64,000 nucleotides of DNA, taken from positions 320,001-384,000 of the forward strand of contig AP024596.1 of the NCBI GenBank assembly GCA_019704295.1, written 5' to 3'. This DNA is from Sulfolobales archaeon HS-7 (GTDB taxonomy: Archaea; Thermoproteota; Thermoprotei_A; Sulfolobales; Sulfolobaceae). Under the pieces are notes generated by a model. That model was not told where the DNA came from, did not search any database, and saw only the letters and a list, made by a program, of their open reading frames with translations. How positions within the stretch are numbered: position 1 is the first letter of the stretch; every line of letters starts with the position of its first letter. A program made the position numbers and the translations under genes. Of this stretch, positions 27,968 through 38,849 are shown piece by piece.

Positions 27968-28897
27968 TTAGTTTTCCCTTTTCAAGACATCGGCGATTAT
28001 CTTAACACCTTTCTCGACGTAGGAGGTGTCCTTTATGCCCAGGGAAATTCTAAAGCCATCATTTAATCCAAAAACAGTGCCAGGTAGAACCAATACTCCC
28101 CTTTCCTTAAGCTTGTACGGTACATCAGAGTCGGCCATAACATAGGCGTAAGGTAGGTGTTCCGTGTGAATAAGGTTAATTCCGTATTTTCTCATAATCC
28201 TTTCATTATTCTCGACTATTTCAAATGCCCTCCTCTTGACTTTCTCAATATTCGTGAAGAAGGTTGAGGCTATCACCTCAACGAACCCTATAGGAGGGGG
28301 AGCTATTAGTTCCTGGACTTTCTCGATTCTCTTAATTATCTCGGGTTCAGCTATAACCCATCCGGCCTTTCTGTCCTTAAAGTTACATATCTTGGTAGTT
28401 GAGCCGATTCGGATTACGTTTTTCAATGGGAACGGCTTATATTCTCCAACGAAGGGAGCAAACGTCTCGTCAACTACTACAAAGCAGTTTAGTTTCGAGC
28501 AATTTTCAGAGAGTTCCTCTAAACTTTCAACAGAATACCCAAGAGGGTTATTAGGGGAACTAAGAGCAATGTTATAACTCAGGTTCTCTGGGTTATCCCC
28601 TTTCCCCCTTATTATATTTGCTCCAACAAGTTCGAGCTGGGCTACTATGGGATCGTATTCAGGAACTGGGACAAAAACCTTACTGCCCTTATCGAAAACT
28701 GCCAGAAAAGATAGGAATAACCCCTCCTGCGCACCGTGAGTTACGACGATTTCGTCTCCTTCTATTTTTAAAAACTCGTAAAGGGGAGTCTTCACTTCTT
28801 CTAACTCCTGGTAGTCCATGGGTTCAATCCCGCTACCTCCTAAGTTTATATCGCAATTGTTTTTCAACCACTCAAAATGAGGAATGTCCCTGATCAT
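27968..28897 (-). CDS. PLP-dependent aminotransferase class I/II
   Basis: THGAQEGL, SPNNPLG, VDETF, GSTTK...RKAGW, GFRISLG. Confidence 0.85.
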   Translation of the reverse strand: MIRDIPHFEWLKNNCDINLGGSGIEPMDYQELEEVKTPLYEFLKIEGDEIVVTHGAQEGLFLSFLAVFDKGSKVFVPVPEYDPIVAQLELVGANIIRGKGDNPENLSYNIALSSPNNPLGYSVESLEELSENCSKLNCFVVVDETFAPFVGEYKPFPLKNVIRIGSTTKICNFKDRKAGWVIAEPEIIKRIEKVQELIAPPPIGFVEVIASTFFTNIEKVKRRAFEIVENNERIMRKYGINLIHTEHLPYAYVMADSDVPYKLKERGVLVLPGTVFGLNDGFRISLGIKDTSYVEKGVKIIADVLKREN

Positions 28898-28949
28898 GTT
28901 TCTATCTATGCTAACTCTAGTTTAAAGGTTTAAATGAGGGAGGTACTAT

Positions 28950-30824
28950 ATGAACCAAAAATTAGCAAAGTCAAGCAGTTCATATTTAAGAGAAGCTATA
29001 TCACAACCAGTAGAGTGGAGGATATGGAATGACGAGGCTTTTGCCGAGGCTAAGAACTTAAACAGGCCGATTCTCGTTGACGTTGGTGCGTCGTGGTGTC
29101 ACTGGTGTCACGTAATGGACAGAGAGACCTACGATAACGAGGACATAGCTAGAATTATTAATGAAAACTTCATCCCAATAAAGGTCGACAGGGACGAGAT
29201 GCCGGACATCGATAGGAAGTTACAAAAGGCGGTGTATGAGATAACTGGCCAAAGTGGCTGGCCTCTGACAGTCTTCATGACGCCTGAGGGTCTGGTTTTC
29301 TTCGGTGGTACTTATTTTCCTCCAGAGGATAAGTTAGGCATTCCAGGAATGAAAAGAGTTCTAACCTCTGTTATTTCGTATTGGAAGGATACCAAAGGGA
29401 ATGTTGAAGGAGTGAAATTCAATCAGTTAAAAAATACCGAAGGTACAGAAATCGATCCTCAGCTAACTACAGAAAGTATTCTCACTTACTTCGATTGGGA
29501 TTTTGGGGGAATTGAAGGGGGAATGAAGTTTCCTCATCCACCTGTCGATTCACTTCTTCTTGCAGAAGCCTACTGGAACAATGACGACTTGGCAAAGAAG
29601 GCCGTTTACCTCACATTAAAAAATATGTATATGGGCGGATTAATGGATCAGGTAGGCGGAGGATTTCACAGATATACTGTAGATAGAGAATGGTGGGTTC
29701 CTCATTTCGAAAAGCTCCTTATAGATAACGCGGAAATTCTGATCACTTACGTTAACGCCTATACTTACTTTCGTGATGAGCAGTTCTTAGATGCAATAAA
29801 TATGAGTATTAGCTTCTTGGACTCTATAAGAGATGACGATGGTCTTGCTTCTAGTGTTGATGCGGACAGTGAGGGAGTTGAGGGCAAATATTATACCTGG
29901 ACCGTTAACGAGGTAAAGGAGATCTTCCCGGAAAATCCTGAAAGAGTAATAAGGCTCTTCTCAATGGATATACCGGGTGGGGAAGTAGAGGGAAGAAAGG
30001 TATTGAAAAGAAAGTATGATAACGAGGAAATCTCTAAGAGGTTCGGAGTAAACCCAACGGTTTTTCTAACGGAAACTAGGAGAAGGATGTTAGCAGAGAG
30101 AATGAAAAGGATCCCTCCAATGATTGATAAAAACAAGTACTCATATCCCAACTTTAGGGCCGTAGAGGCATACCTGTGGGCTGGAGAGCTCCTAGACGTT
30201 AATACAACGTGGGCTCAACAGTTACTCAAAAGAGTAAATAAAATAACGCGGAGGATTAACAGTGGTGGAGAACCGTTATTTGAGGACTTTGCTGCAGCAG
30301 CCTCCTGCATGATAAAGGCGTACGAAATTACTAGTGATGAAGGCCTTTTGGATAAGGCAATTAGCTACGTTGATGAGATTAAGGAAGTAGAATTCCCTCC
30401 AATTGAGGAACAGCCAAGTTTTTCCCCTACAGTCTTGTTAGGCATGATAATTCTAAAGATAAATTCAATAAGACCTGGTACTTTCTCCGAGTCGTTATTA
30501 AATAGAATAACTGGAATGAAAGCTGGAGATCCATTATTCAGTTCTGGTTTAGCCCTTCTAAGGGAGCTGAAAAGGAGAGGGGTTGCGCATATAGTTATAA
30601 CAGGAGATGATGAGAACTCTAGGAAACTACTTAGGAGGGCTGTTTCACTTTACTATCCGTTGAAGGTTGTTGAAAGAGTTAAAGGAGAAAAACATGACAA
30701 CCCGGTTATTAATTCAATGCTAACAAAAACTAAGGGAAATGGGACAGCCTTTGTATGTGTAGGTCATAAATGTTCACCTCCCGTAAGTGACCCTACTCTA
30801 CTTATAGTTAGACCTGAGAGTTAG
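28950..30824 (+). CDS. Thioredoxin-domain DUF255 protein (YyaL/SPATA20 family)
   Basis: WCHWCHVM, KVDRDEMPD, GWPLTVF, GGGFHRYTVD, PHFEK, DADSEGVEG, C-terminal C..C.PP. Confidence 0.92.
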   Translation: MNQKLAKSSSSYLREAISQPVEWRIWNDEAFAEAKNLNRPILVDVGASWCHWCHVMDRETYDNEDIARIINENFIPIKVDRDEMPDIDRKLQKAVYEITGQSGWPLTVFMTPEGLVFFGGTYFPPEDKLGIPGMKRVLTSVISYWKDTKGNVEGVKFNQLKNTEGTEIDPQLTTESILTYFDWDFGGIEGGMKFPHPPVDSLLLAEAYWNNDDLAKKAVYLTLKNMYMGGLMDQVGGGFHRYTVDREWWVPHFEKLLIDNAEILITYVNAYTYFRDEQFLDAINMSISFLDSIRDDDGLASSVDADSEGVEGKYYTWTVNEVKEIFPENPERVIRLFSMDIPGGEVEGRKVLKRKYDNEEISKRFGVNPTVFLTETRRRMLAERMKRIPPMIDKNKYSYPNFRAVEAYLWAGELLDVNTTWAQQLLKRVNKITRRINSGGEPLFEDFAAAASCMIKAYEITSDEGLLDKAISYVDEIKEVEFPPIEEQPSFSPTVLLGMIILKINSIRPGTFSESLLNRITGMKAGDPLFSSGLALLRELKRRGVAHIVITGDDENSRKLLRRAVSLYYPLKVVERVKGEKHDNPVINSMLTKTKGNGTAFVCVGHKCSPPVSDPTLLIVRPES

Positions 30825-30828
30825 TAAG

Positions 30829-33801
30829 TTAGGACATTATTTGTTTTACAACAATGGTCTCAAGTTCTACTCTCTTTTCGTTTAACTTGTCTAGAAGAGC
30901 ACTTTTGAATATCTTCTCGTCTATAGGTTCATCTGTTAAACCTTTTATGCCCTCATAGAGCTTTTCAACGAAGGGTGCGAATTGTGTCGATCTTAGTATG
31001 CTTGAGACCAGTTCGGCATATTCCTTTATAATTACTATTTGATTAGCCTGTTCTTTGTGAGAGCTCATAATCTGTCTAAGATTTTTACCCATTTCCCTAC
31101 TCATTTCATCCACCATTTCTGAGATTACTGGTTCTATTATCTTTTCGTAATCGTCAAGACCACTGGATACAAAACTAGCCGTTTCAGCAATAACGTTTAC
31201 TTTAGACGTGATCGCCTTAGTAATAATGTCAGTTACTATTTTCCTTATCTCCGCTTCTTCCTCTTTCGGAACGGTAAATTTATTTGTAACTTCAAAAACC
31301 TGTATACCTTGCCTTCTACCCAAGTATTCCGTAAGTGTTATGGCATTTATCCCTAGATTCTTGAATTTAATTGCGGCAAATGGACACATAGTTACTATCG
31401 TTTTATAGTTCTCACCTATCGCCTTAGCTATCTTATCTGCTCTTTTTCCCATGCTTTTTTCAAGTTGAGCCCCTGAACATCCCTCTATCTTCTTAACCCT
31501 AAAGCCCTTTTCCCTAAGTCTTCTGACTACTTCGTCAGCATATCCCCTTGCAAAACACGCTAAGTGGAGATTAATCTCCTCGTCTCCCCTAATATCCATC
31601 GATTTAAGCATTAAAACCTCCAGAGGTGTGGTTTGATAATTAACTGGTACTCCAGACATCTTTGAGTAATCCACATACGCTTCCGATAACATCTTATAAT
31701 CTTCTGGAGATATGGTGACAATTTCTTCCGAGTCGATCATCATTTTAGCATTCTGTTTTATTTTGTTGATTACTTCTCCTCCGTTTCCGCTTATGAAGTC
31801 AATGAATCCCGTATCGTACTGAGTGCCTACAATCCTCACTTTAAGTCCAAGTTTCTTAATAACTGCTAAAGACGACATTACTACCCCGCTGTTCTCTAAA
31901 CCTGTTCTTCCGATCCATAGTATTAGCGGAGAGTTTTCATCAATAATATCCTTATATTCCGGAGGGACAAGGTCTATGTTAACAGGAGACTCCTTCGGCA
32001 TTTTCTTAGCGACTAAACTGTTGAGCCTAACAAGTAATGACGAAATTGGAATTCTTGCTGGACATACGCCATCACAAAGTCCGCATTTATGACATCCGGA
32101 AAGTTCTGCTATAGCCGAGTCTGGTATATCAACTCCACCAGAGAGGTGATAATCCGATATTGCGCCCTTAACGAAGTCGAACATACCTTTTGGGGCATAG
32201 GGCATTTGAGGTATTAACCTATATTGTGGACAAACTGTAACACACATTGCGCAGTCGATGCACTTCATTGCGTAATCCGCGAAGATATCCATGTATTTCT
32301 TAGCATTTTTGAACCCTTCATCAGGGCCGCCCCTGCTTACAGCTTTTACCAATCCAACTGCAAACTTAAACGTTAATGCCTCCTTTTGCTTTTGAACTAT
32401 ATCGTTTACTGCCTTCGCCCTAATCTTTGTGTCGAAAACTTTCCCAGGATTAAATAGCTCCTCTGGATCGTTTTCTTCCTTATATTTTCGGATTTCCTCG
32501 TACCTGTCAACACCCTTTTCCTGAAAAGTTTTCCCCATGGCGTTAAGCCTGTTACGTGCGTATTGATGGACGAAAATCCCGACTGAAAGCATGGAACCAC
32601 CGGCTTTAATCATTTCCTCCATCATGAAGGTGTTCTTCGCCAACTCGTAGAGGATCTTCTTATCCTCGGGCGGTAACTCCGACTGCACAAAGGCGTTTAC
32701 CAATAAAACCTCCCTTCTTTCAAGGTCAATGTCGAGATCAAAGCCGTTGTCTATATCTCCAAGTTTACCAAGATTCTTCTCCATGCTCTGCACGAAATCT
32801 CTCAATTTAGTGTAACTTAATAGTCCGTGCTGATGTATCAAAAGCCCTTTACTTCTCAACGCTGCAACTACACCGTGATTAAATGACCACCATCCTGTCC
32901 ACTCTCCCTCGAAAATCCTTCCCTCTAGATTATTTGCAATTCTCTTTATCTTCGGCTCTACTAACATTGACCTTTGTGCAGGATACAATATTACCATATT
33001 CCACACGTTCGGTTCTAATGGTGCCTTAAAGTTCCTATATACATAAGATGATATAGACGGTCCTCTAACTTGAACGTGCCACGCTGGAATTGCCTCTCTA
33101 TAAAACTCCATTATTGCATCGTATGCTTTCGTGAAAGAATCAAAGGCTATCGTCATAGCTTCTGTTGCTGAGAAAGGCCTTAATTTTAAACCGATTTCAG
33201 TAATTAAACCAGTTGTACCCTCCGCCCCGCACACTCTTGCCAAACCGTTTCCTGATAAAGTTATGTACTCCCCCTTGGGATTGACCATCTTTACGTAATT
33301 AACGTTATCACAAATGAATCCGTACTCATATGAACCTATTCCGAGGACGTCTCCCGCAACTCCCCCACCTACTGAGGAATCATAGGAGGATGGAAAAGTA
33401 CGCAACTGCATTCCTTTTTGTTGAGCGTAAAGGTCAACTAACTTCCATGTAGCTCCAGGACCTACTACAGCATCCTTTAATTCCGGGTTTACTACTACCT
33501 TGTCCATCTTTGAAAAGTCCACTGTTATTCCTCCGTCGGTGGGAATAGCATTACCATATCTATTCGAACCTCTCCCATAGGGAGTTATTGGGACTTTATA
33601 TTTAGTAGCAATCTTAACCAGATCAATCACGTCCTCCACAGTTTCGGGATAAACGACGTAATCAGGAATTATTTTTATCTTGATCCCACTCCACACTAAC
33701 TGAGGGACGAAGCCTAAATCTGCTGAGTGAGCGTACCTTTCCACTATAGACTCCGAGAAATTGTCCCCAAACCTATCAGAAAGCTCTGTCCTTATAGACA
33801 T
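30829..33801 (-). CDS. FAD-linked oxidase fused to 4Fe-4S and CCG domains (GlcD/GlcF-like fusion)
   Basis: PDYVVYP, GAEGTTGLIT, DPEELFNPGK, CIDCAMCVTVCP, CHKCGLCDGVCP. Confidence 0.88.
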   Translation of the reverse strand: MSIRTELSDRFGDNFSESIVERYAHSADLGFVPQLVWSGIKIKIIPDYVVYPETVEDVIDLVKIATKYKVPITPYGRGSNRYGNAIPTDGGITVDFSKMDKVVVNPELKDAVVGPGATWKLVDLYAQQKGMQLRTFPSSYDSSVGGGVAGDVLGIGSYEYGFICDNVNYVKMVNPKGEYITLSGNGLARVCGAEGTTGLITEIGLKLRPFSATEAMTIAFDSFTKAYDAIMEFYREAIPAWHVQVRGPSISSYVYRNFKAPLEPNVWNMVILYPAQRSMLVEPKIKRIANNLEGRIFEGEWTGWWSFNHGVVAALRSKGLLIHQHGLLSYTKLRDFVQSMEKNLGKLGDIDNGFDLDIDLERREVLLVNAFVQSELPPEDKKILYELAKNTFMMEEMIKAGGSMLSVGIFVHQYARNRLNAMGKTFQEKGVDRYEEIRKYKEENDPEELFNPGKVFDTKIRAKAVNDIVQKQKEALTFKFAVGLVKAVSRGGPDEGFKNAKKYMDIFADYAMKCIDCAMCVTVCPQYRLIPQMPYAPKGMFDFVKGAISDYHLSGGVDIPDSAIAELSGCHKCGLCDGVCPARIPISSLLVRLNSLVAKKMPKESPVNIDLVPPEYKDIIDENSPLILWIGRTGLENSGVVMSSLAVIKKLGLKVRIVGTQYDTGFIDFISGNGGEVINKIKQNAKMMIDSEEIVTISPEDYKMLSEAYVDYSKMSGVPVNYQTTPLEVLMLKSMDIRGDEEINLHLACFARGYADEVVRRLREKGFRVKKIEGCSGAQLEKSMGKRADKIAKAIGENYKTIVTMCPFAAIKFKNLGINAITLTEYLGRRQGIQVFEVTNKFTVPKEEEAEIRKIVTDIITKAITSKVNVIAETASFVSSGLDDYEKIIEPVISEMVDEMSREMGKNLRQIMSSHKEQANQIVIIKEYAELVSSILRSTQFAPFVEKLYEGIKGLTDEPIDEKIFKSALLDKLNEKRVELETIVVKQIMS

Positions 33802-34123
33802 TATAGGTTCCTTATCTATTTTCTCACTTTTATATTTTTATGTATAATGTTCTTAAATAATAACTACGTATGTGATCGTGAGTATTACGTTTACCCAATA
33901 GTTGTAACTAGATGTACTCCTACAACACTTACCAGAGTTTTTCAGGCACTACATCACTAGATGAGAAGCAATAAAAGATTTTCAATTCTGACAAGCTAAT
34001 CCAAAACAGGTGTTAACGCTAGCAAAGGTCAGGGGAGTCCTACCTTTCTATAGAGAATTACATATTCCCGCAAACGGGATCTTTCTCTCCGTTAACTGCT
34101 TAATAGTTAAAGAAGCAGAGAAC

Positions 34124-34921
34124 TTAAATGACTCTCACTTTGAAGCTGAATTCCCTTCTCTCCTCCGGCTTGAGAATAGTTAATCCTATCCCGTTATGGA
34201 ACGCATCAGGTATTCCCGACATGGGTTCTATGGCCACTGCACCATTAACTCCAGTATAAATCTGAACGTAGGGCATCTCCTGTCTTTCTAAGATTACTGT
34301 TAAATGCGAAGACGTAAGTTTGACTTCTCCTTGGATCAAGAAACAGTCGTCAAAGTTTCCATTCCCATCTAGATTCACATCAACTGTTTGTCCCGTAGGT
34401 ATATTATTCTGAGAAAGATATTTTTTCCCCTTTGCAATTACCTTCCAATCTTCATTCACCACAAAGTAAGGATGCGCACCGACAGTAAGGGGGGCGTTTT
34501 TCATTCCTATATTCCTGATCTCGTAAGAAACTTGAACATCAGATGAGGCAAATCTGTACTCAATTTTGGAGAGTAGAAGTGAAGGGTAGCCGGGATTCTC
34601 TAGTACAGTGCGTAATCTTACCGTATTTTCAGTTATCCTTTCAAATTCCCATTTCACGTCCTTCCCAAACCCGTGGATTGCATTTCCCTCCCTATTTTTA
34701 GAAAGTTCATAAACAACCCCCTCGAATTCGTAGCTTCCCCCTTTTATCCTATTAGCAAAGGGTAAAAGGTTAGCCATTCCACCGTGAGTCTGATCGTCTA
34801 CATTCCCTGGAAGTAGAACGTTCTTGTTCTCATATTCAAGTCGTGATAGATATGCGCCTAGTTTATGAATTTCTGCGTACCACTTGCCGTAGTTTAACCT
34901 TAGATCCGGCTCTTTTTGCAC
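34124..34921 (-). CDS. Aldose 1-epimerase family protein
   Basis: PFANRI, AIHGF, GAHPYF, DDCF, QIYTG, AIEPMS. Confidence 0.9.
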   Translation of the reverse strand: MQKEPDLRLNYGKWYAEIHKLGAYLSRLEYENKNVLLPGNVDDQTHGGMANLLPFANRIKGGSYEFEGVVYELSKNREGNAIHGFGKDVKWEFERITENTVRLRTVLENPGYPSLLLSKIEYRFASSDVQVSYEIRNIGMKNAPLTVGAHPYFVVNEDWKVIAKGKKYLSQNNIPTGQTVDVNLDGNGNFDDCFLIQGEVKLTSSHLTVILERQEMPYVQIYTGVNGAVAIEPMSGIPDAFHNGIGLTILKPEERREFSFKVRVI

Positions 34922-37119
34922 GACTCAACCACCTTCATTACATACTCAGGAGTAATGGGAACTTCTACGTCCTTTATTACGCAGTCCAAGTAATCCTCCA
35001 GGGCATTTACTATAGCAGCGGGGGGAACTGTCGCTCCTCCTTCAGCAACGCCCTTAGTTCCCAGAGGAGTATAAGGAGATGGGGAGGTTAAGTGTTCAAT
35101 TTCGAAGTTGACGGATTCGACTGCAGACGGGATAGCGTAGTCCCCAAAGTTAGTTGCAAGTGGGATACCGTCGTCATTATACCTTATCATCTCTAACGTA
35201 GCTGCGCCAATACCCATCATTGTCCCCCCCATCAGTTGACCATCCACGATCATGGGGTTAATCATCCTACCAGCATCGCTGACTATTCTGTATCTCTTAA
35301 TCGAAATCCTGTAGTCTTCTAGGAGCTCAATTACGGCTAGATGAGCGTTAACCCCGTAAGTTGTAGAGAAGTTCACCCTCCTTAAATCGTCCACTACGTT
35401 GACGTTCTGGGAGTTTATGGTATGAGAGACCTCAAGGGGAAAGAAGTATCCAGGTCTGTTATAAGCAATGTTTGCAAGTTCCTTTACGCTAATTCTCCTT
35501 TCTCCGTTTACCTTTACCCAGCCATTTTCTAGCGAAAGGGTTTTCCTCTCTACGTTAAGAACCTTTGAGGCAAGATCGAGTAGTTTATCTCTCATTTTCA
35601 GTGATGCTTCATAGACGGCTGAGATCCCGACTACTGCGAACCGGCTCCCATAAAATCCCGTACCTGGAGGTCCGTCTGTATCTCCTAGCTTTATCGTAAT
35701 ATCCTCAACTCCTAAGACACTTGATACCACCTGGTAAATTGAGGTTTCATGTCCAGTGCCCACGGAGTTGGAACTCATGTAGACTACGACGTCCCCTCCA
35801 CTATCTATTTTTATGTAAACCCCCTCATAATATGGCGTACGAGGTTTATCTACAACCAAGGTTTGGAAAGCTAAGGAAGAGCCAGGCTCAAGAGCAAACG
35901 CTATGCCTTTTCCCCTTTCATTTACATTATCGCTCAGCAATTTGAGCGCCCTGCTATAATCTCCGCTGTCGTAAATTGCTCCCGTGATCGTTGTAAAGGG
36001 CAATTCCCTTATGAAGTTCTTCAATCTGATCTCCTCCTGAGAAATTCCCAGAGTTCTCGCGAGAGAACTCACTAGGTTTTCCAAAACCAAAACTGCAGGA
36101 GGAATTCCCAGTCCCCTATAAGGACCTGTAGGTGGTTTATTTGTGAGTACTCCCTTCACCATAAAGGTAAGTCCCTTTACATTATACGCTCCAGTAAGAT
36201 GATATATTTGCCTCAAAATGGGTAGAGGCTGGTAAGTGTGCATGTATGCCCCGAAATCCTCCAGGAGTTCAACCTCCAGACCGGTAATCCTTTGTCCCTC
36301 GTAGTATATTCTGGCCCTGTACTTCCTATCAGGTCCGTGAACAGCGGCACTTATGTGTTCAGTTCTCGTCTCTACGTATTTAACAGGTCTTCTCGTTAAG
36401 AAGGATGCTACGGCAGCCATTGCTAAGGGTCTGAGGTATATTTTTCCCCCGAATCCTCCGCCAGAATCCGGTACTATTATCCTTATTTTGCTCCGCGGAA
36501 TATTCAAAATAATACTTAATGCGGTCCTGAATACCTGAGGCAGCTGTGTGTTTGCGTATAACGTTAGTTTTTCATTATCGTAGTTCGCCAGTACGGCATT
36601 TGGTTCTATTGGTGCAGGAGAGTTCCTGTTATACCTAAAGGTTTTTTCTATGAAATCTCCTTCAGGCTTTTCCCCATATGTGAAAACGTCATTGTAAATT
36701 AGATTTGGAACGCCCTCATGGATTGGTTCAGAGGAGATTGACTTCTCGGGCTCAATCAAGGGAGGTAGTGGATCCCACTCTACATCGACGGATTCGGTGA
36801 TGTCCTCCAAGTCGTACCTGTCTCTTGCAAGGACTAAGGCAACTGGCTCCCCCACGTAATTGGCTACCTCTTTTGGTAAAACGTATTCCCTTGGCGCCCC
36901 TCTGAAAAAGAAGTTCGGGAATGGGAGGAAGTTCTTGACATCGTCGAAAGTCAGAATTCTTCGATCCCCTTTCGTTATCAACTTGAACTTAGCCCTAGGG
37001 AAGGGAGACCTAACCACACCTAGGTAAAGAGTACCAGGAATATGTATATCATCTACAAAATTACCACGACCTGTAAGGAATCTAACATCCTCAACCCTTC
37101 TGATCGGCTTTCCGATCAA
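34900..37119 (-). CDS. Xanthine dehydrogenase-family molybdopterin-binding large subunit
   Basis: RVEDVRFLTGRGNFVDD, GGGFGGK, GPYRGLG, NPMIVDGQ, GTKGVAEGG. Confidence 0.92.
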   Translation of the reverse strand: MIGKPIRRVEDVRFLTGRGNFVDDIHIPGTLYLGVVRSPFPRAKFKLITKGDRRILTFDDVKNFLPFPNFFFRGAPREYVLPKEVANYVGEPVALVLARDRYDLEDITESVDVEWDPLPPLIEPEKSISSEPIHEGVPNLIYNDVFTYGEKPEGDFIEKTFRYNRNSPAPIEPNAVLANYDNEKLTLYANTQLPQVFRTALSIILNIPRSKIRIIVPDSGGGFGGKIYLRPLAMAAVASFLTRRPVKYVETRTEHISAAVHGPDRKYRARIYYEGQRITGLEVELLEDFGAYMHTYQPLPILRQIYHLTGAYNVKGLTFMVKGVLTNKPPTGPYRGLGIPPAVLVLENLVSSLARTLGISQEEIRLKNFIRELPFTTITGAIYDSGDYSRALKLLSDNVNERGKGIAFALEPGSSLAFQTLVVDKPRTPYYEGVYIKIDSGGDVVVYMSSNSVGTGHETSIYQVVSSVLGVEDITIKLGDTDGPPGTGFYGSRFAVVGISAVYEASLKMRDKLLDLASKVLNVERKTLSLENGWVKVNGERRISVKELANIAYNRPGYFFPLEVSHTINSQNVNVVDDLRRVNFSTTYGVNAHLAVIELLEDYRISIKRYRIVSDAGRMINPMIVDGQLMGGTMMGIGAATLEMIRYNDDGIPLATNFGDYAIPSAVESVNFEIEHLTSPSPYTPLGTKGVAEGGATVPPAAIVNALEDYLDCVIKDVEVPITPEYVMKVVESCKKSRI

Positions 37120-38294
37120 ATTCTTAACCCCAATTTCCTGTAAATGGTTCTGGCGACAGTAAGTTTTTGAATATCATTAGTTCCTTCATAAGTCATTAAT
37201 ATCTGAGCGTCCCTGAGATATCTTTCCGCACCTCCTTTCGAAACGCCGTATCCTCCCATTACGTTTTCCGCCCTTTGTGCAACCCTATTAGCGACGTCTG
37301 TAGCAACGTATTTGGCAATGGACGCCGCTGGTATTCCGTCATCCATATTTCCCTTCATTATCAGGTTTGCAGCCCAATAGGTGAGGAGTCTGGCGTAAGC
37401 GACCTCCGCTATGGATTCGGCAACCTTTTCTTGAATGAGCTGAAACTCTGCGATCTTTCTGTCAAACGCTGTTCTCGACATGGAGTAAGTGATCATCTTT
37501 TCCAGAGCTGCCTGAGCTAATCCAACGCCTTGAGCTGCTACAACAACTCTGGAATAATCGAAAGCCTCCAAGGTGTGTTTGAATCCCATTCCCTCCTCCC
37601 CAATCATGTTCTCCTCGGGAACTTCTGCATCCTCAAACGAAAGCTCTGCGGTATTTGATGCCCTTAAACCTACAGTGTCAATCCTGCTGATTATCTTTAC
37701 CTGCTCCTTTTCAACGATAAAGAGTGAAATTCCCTTCCATCTCTTCCCCTCCTCAGGTGGGGAGGTCCTCGCTGAAACCACAATGTAATCCGCTATTCCA
37801 CCATTACTTATGAATATCTTCCTTCCGTTTATTACGTATTCATTACCCACTTTCTTCGCGTAAGTTTTTATTCCGGCCACATCAGAACCCGCTCCAGGCT
37901 CCGTGTTGGCGAACGCGCCTATCTTTTGACCTTTTGCAACAGGAGGGACATATTTTTCCGCTATTCTTCCTGAACCATAGGTCTGAACAGCGTGTATGTA
38001 AAGCCAGTTTATGAATAAATGGGTTGAGAATGATGTCCATACTCTGCTGAGCTCCTCTGAGGCAATCGCTTGGGAGAGGAGGTCACCCCCCTGCCCTCCG
38101 AGTTCTGGTTTTGCGTTAAGACCATAAAGCCCCAATTTCACTACCTTAGCCTTTAGCTCAGCGGGTATTTCCCCCTTTAACTCTCCTTCCTCCACATATT
38201 TCGTAACCTCACTTTCACAAAAGTCCTTTATTGTACTCCTCAGGATCTCATGTTCTTCCGAAATGTCTACTTTAAAATCTCTAAAGGGAATCAT
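37116..38294 (-). CDS. Acyl-CoA dehydrogenase
   Basis: FANTEPGAGSD, NGRKIFISNG, RTAFDRKI, YEGTNDIQ. Confidence 0.95.
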   Translation of the reverse strand: MIPFRDFKVDISEEHEILRSTIKDFCESEVTKYVEEGELKGEIPAELKAKVVKLGLYGLNAKPELGGQGGDLLSQAIASEELSRVWTSFSTHLFINWLYIHAVQTYGSGRIAEKYVPPVAKGQKIGAFANTEPGAGSDVAGIKTYAKKVGNEYVINGRKIFISNGGIADYIVVSARTSPPEEGKRWKGISLFIVEKEQVKIISRIDTVGLRASNTAELSFEDAEVPEENMIGEEGMGFKHTLEAFDYSRVVVAAQGVGLAQAALEKMITYSMSRTAFDRKIAEFQLIQEKVAESIAEVAYARLLTYWAANLIMKGNMDDGIPAASIAKYVATDVANRVAQRAENVMGGYGVSKGGAERYLRDAQILMTYEGTNDIQKLTVARTIYRKLGLRI

Positions 38295-38849
38295 AAACTA
38301 GAGTACGTAATAGCAAGTATTAATGCTTAGTTAAGCTCCGTTATCTTAATGGGAACCATTAAGGAAGAACTGTGCAAATAGTCTCCTAGACTTAAATCAT
38401 AATAACTAAGGACATTCTTCAGTCAAAATCAGAGTAAGAGCTAACGAGATAGCCTAGCGGAGCTTTATGTTGCACCCCATTCTCAGATAATATAAACTAT
38501 TATTACCAGTTGTTTTAGTTTCCCTCGGCAATACTTAATTTTCGGCGTTATCAGGAAAGTTTTTAGATTGATATCTCTTTGAGTGAAAAAGCATTGCGAG
38601 TTTCCCTATAATTATTGAAATACTTCTATGAGGTACCATTAATTTTATGAAAATATTTAAGATACGTTAAAGTAGAAAAACTACAGTTATTATAATTATT
38701 TATATGTTATTACAATAATTTATAATTAGTCACATCGTTGACGGTTAAGACAATATGCTTAATTTTCGTAAAATTTAGAATATTGCCGATATTCTTCTTG
38801 TCAAAGCCCTTCACTATATTCTTTAAATCAGGCTGTGATAAGTACAAAT

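Noticed and set aside
34900-37119. Aerobic CO dehydrogenase CoxL
   Set aside because: Active-site loop is GPYRGLG, not the AYxCSFR of form I CoxL; no coxM/coxS adjacent
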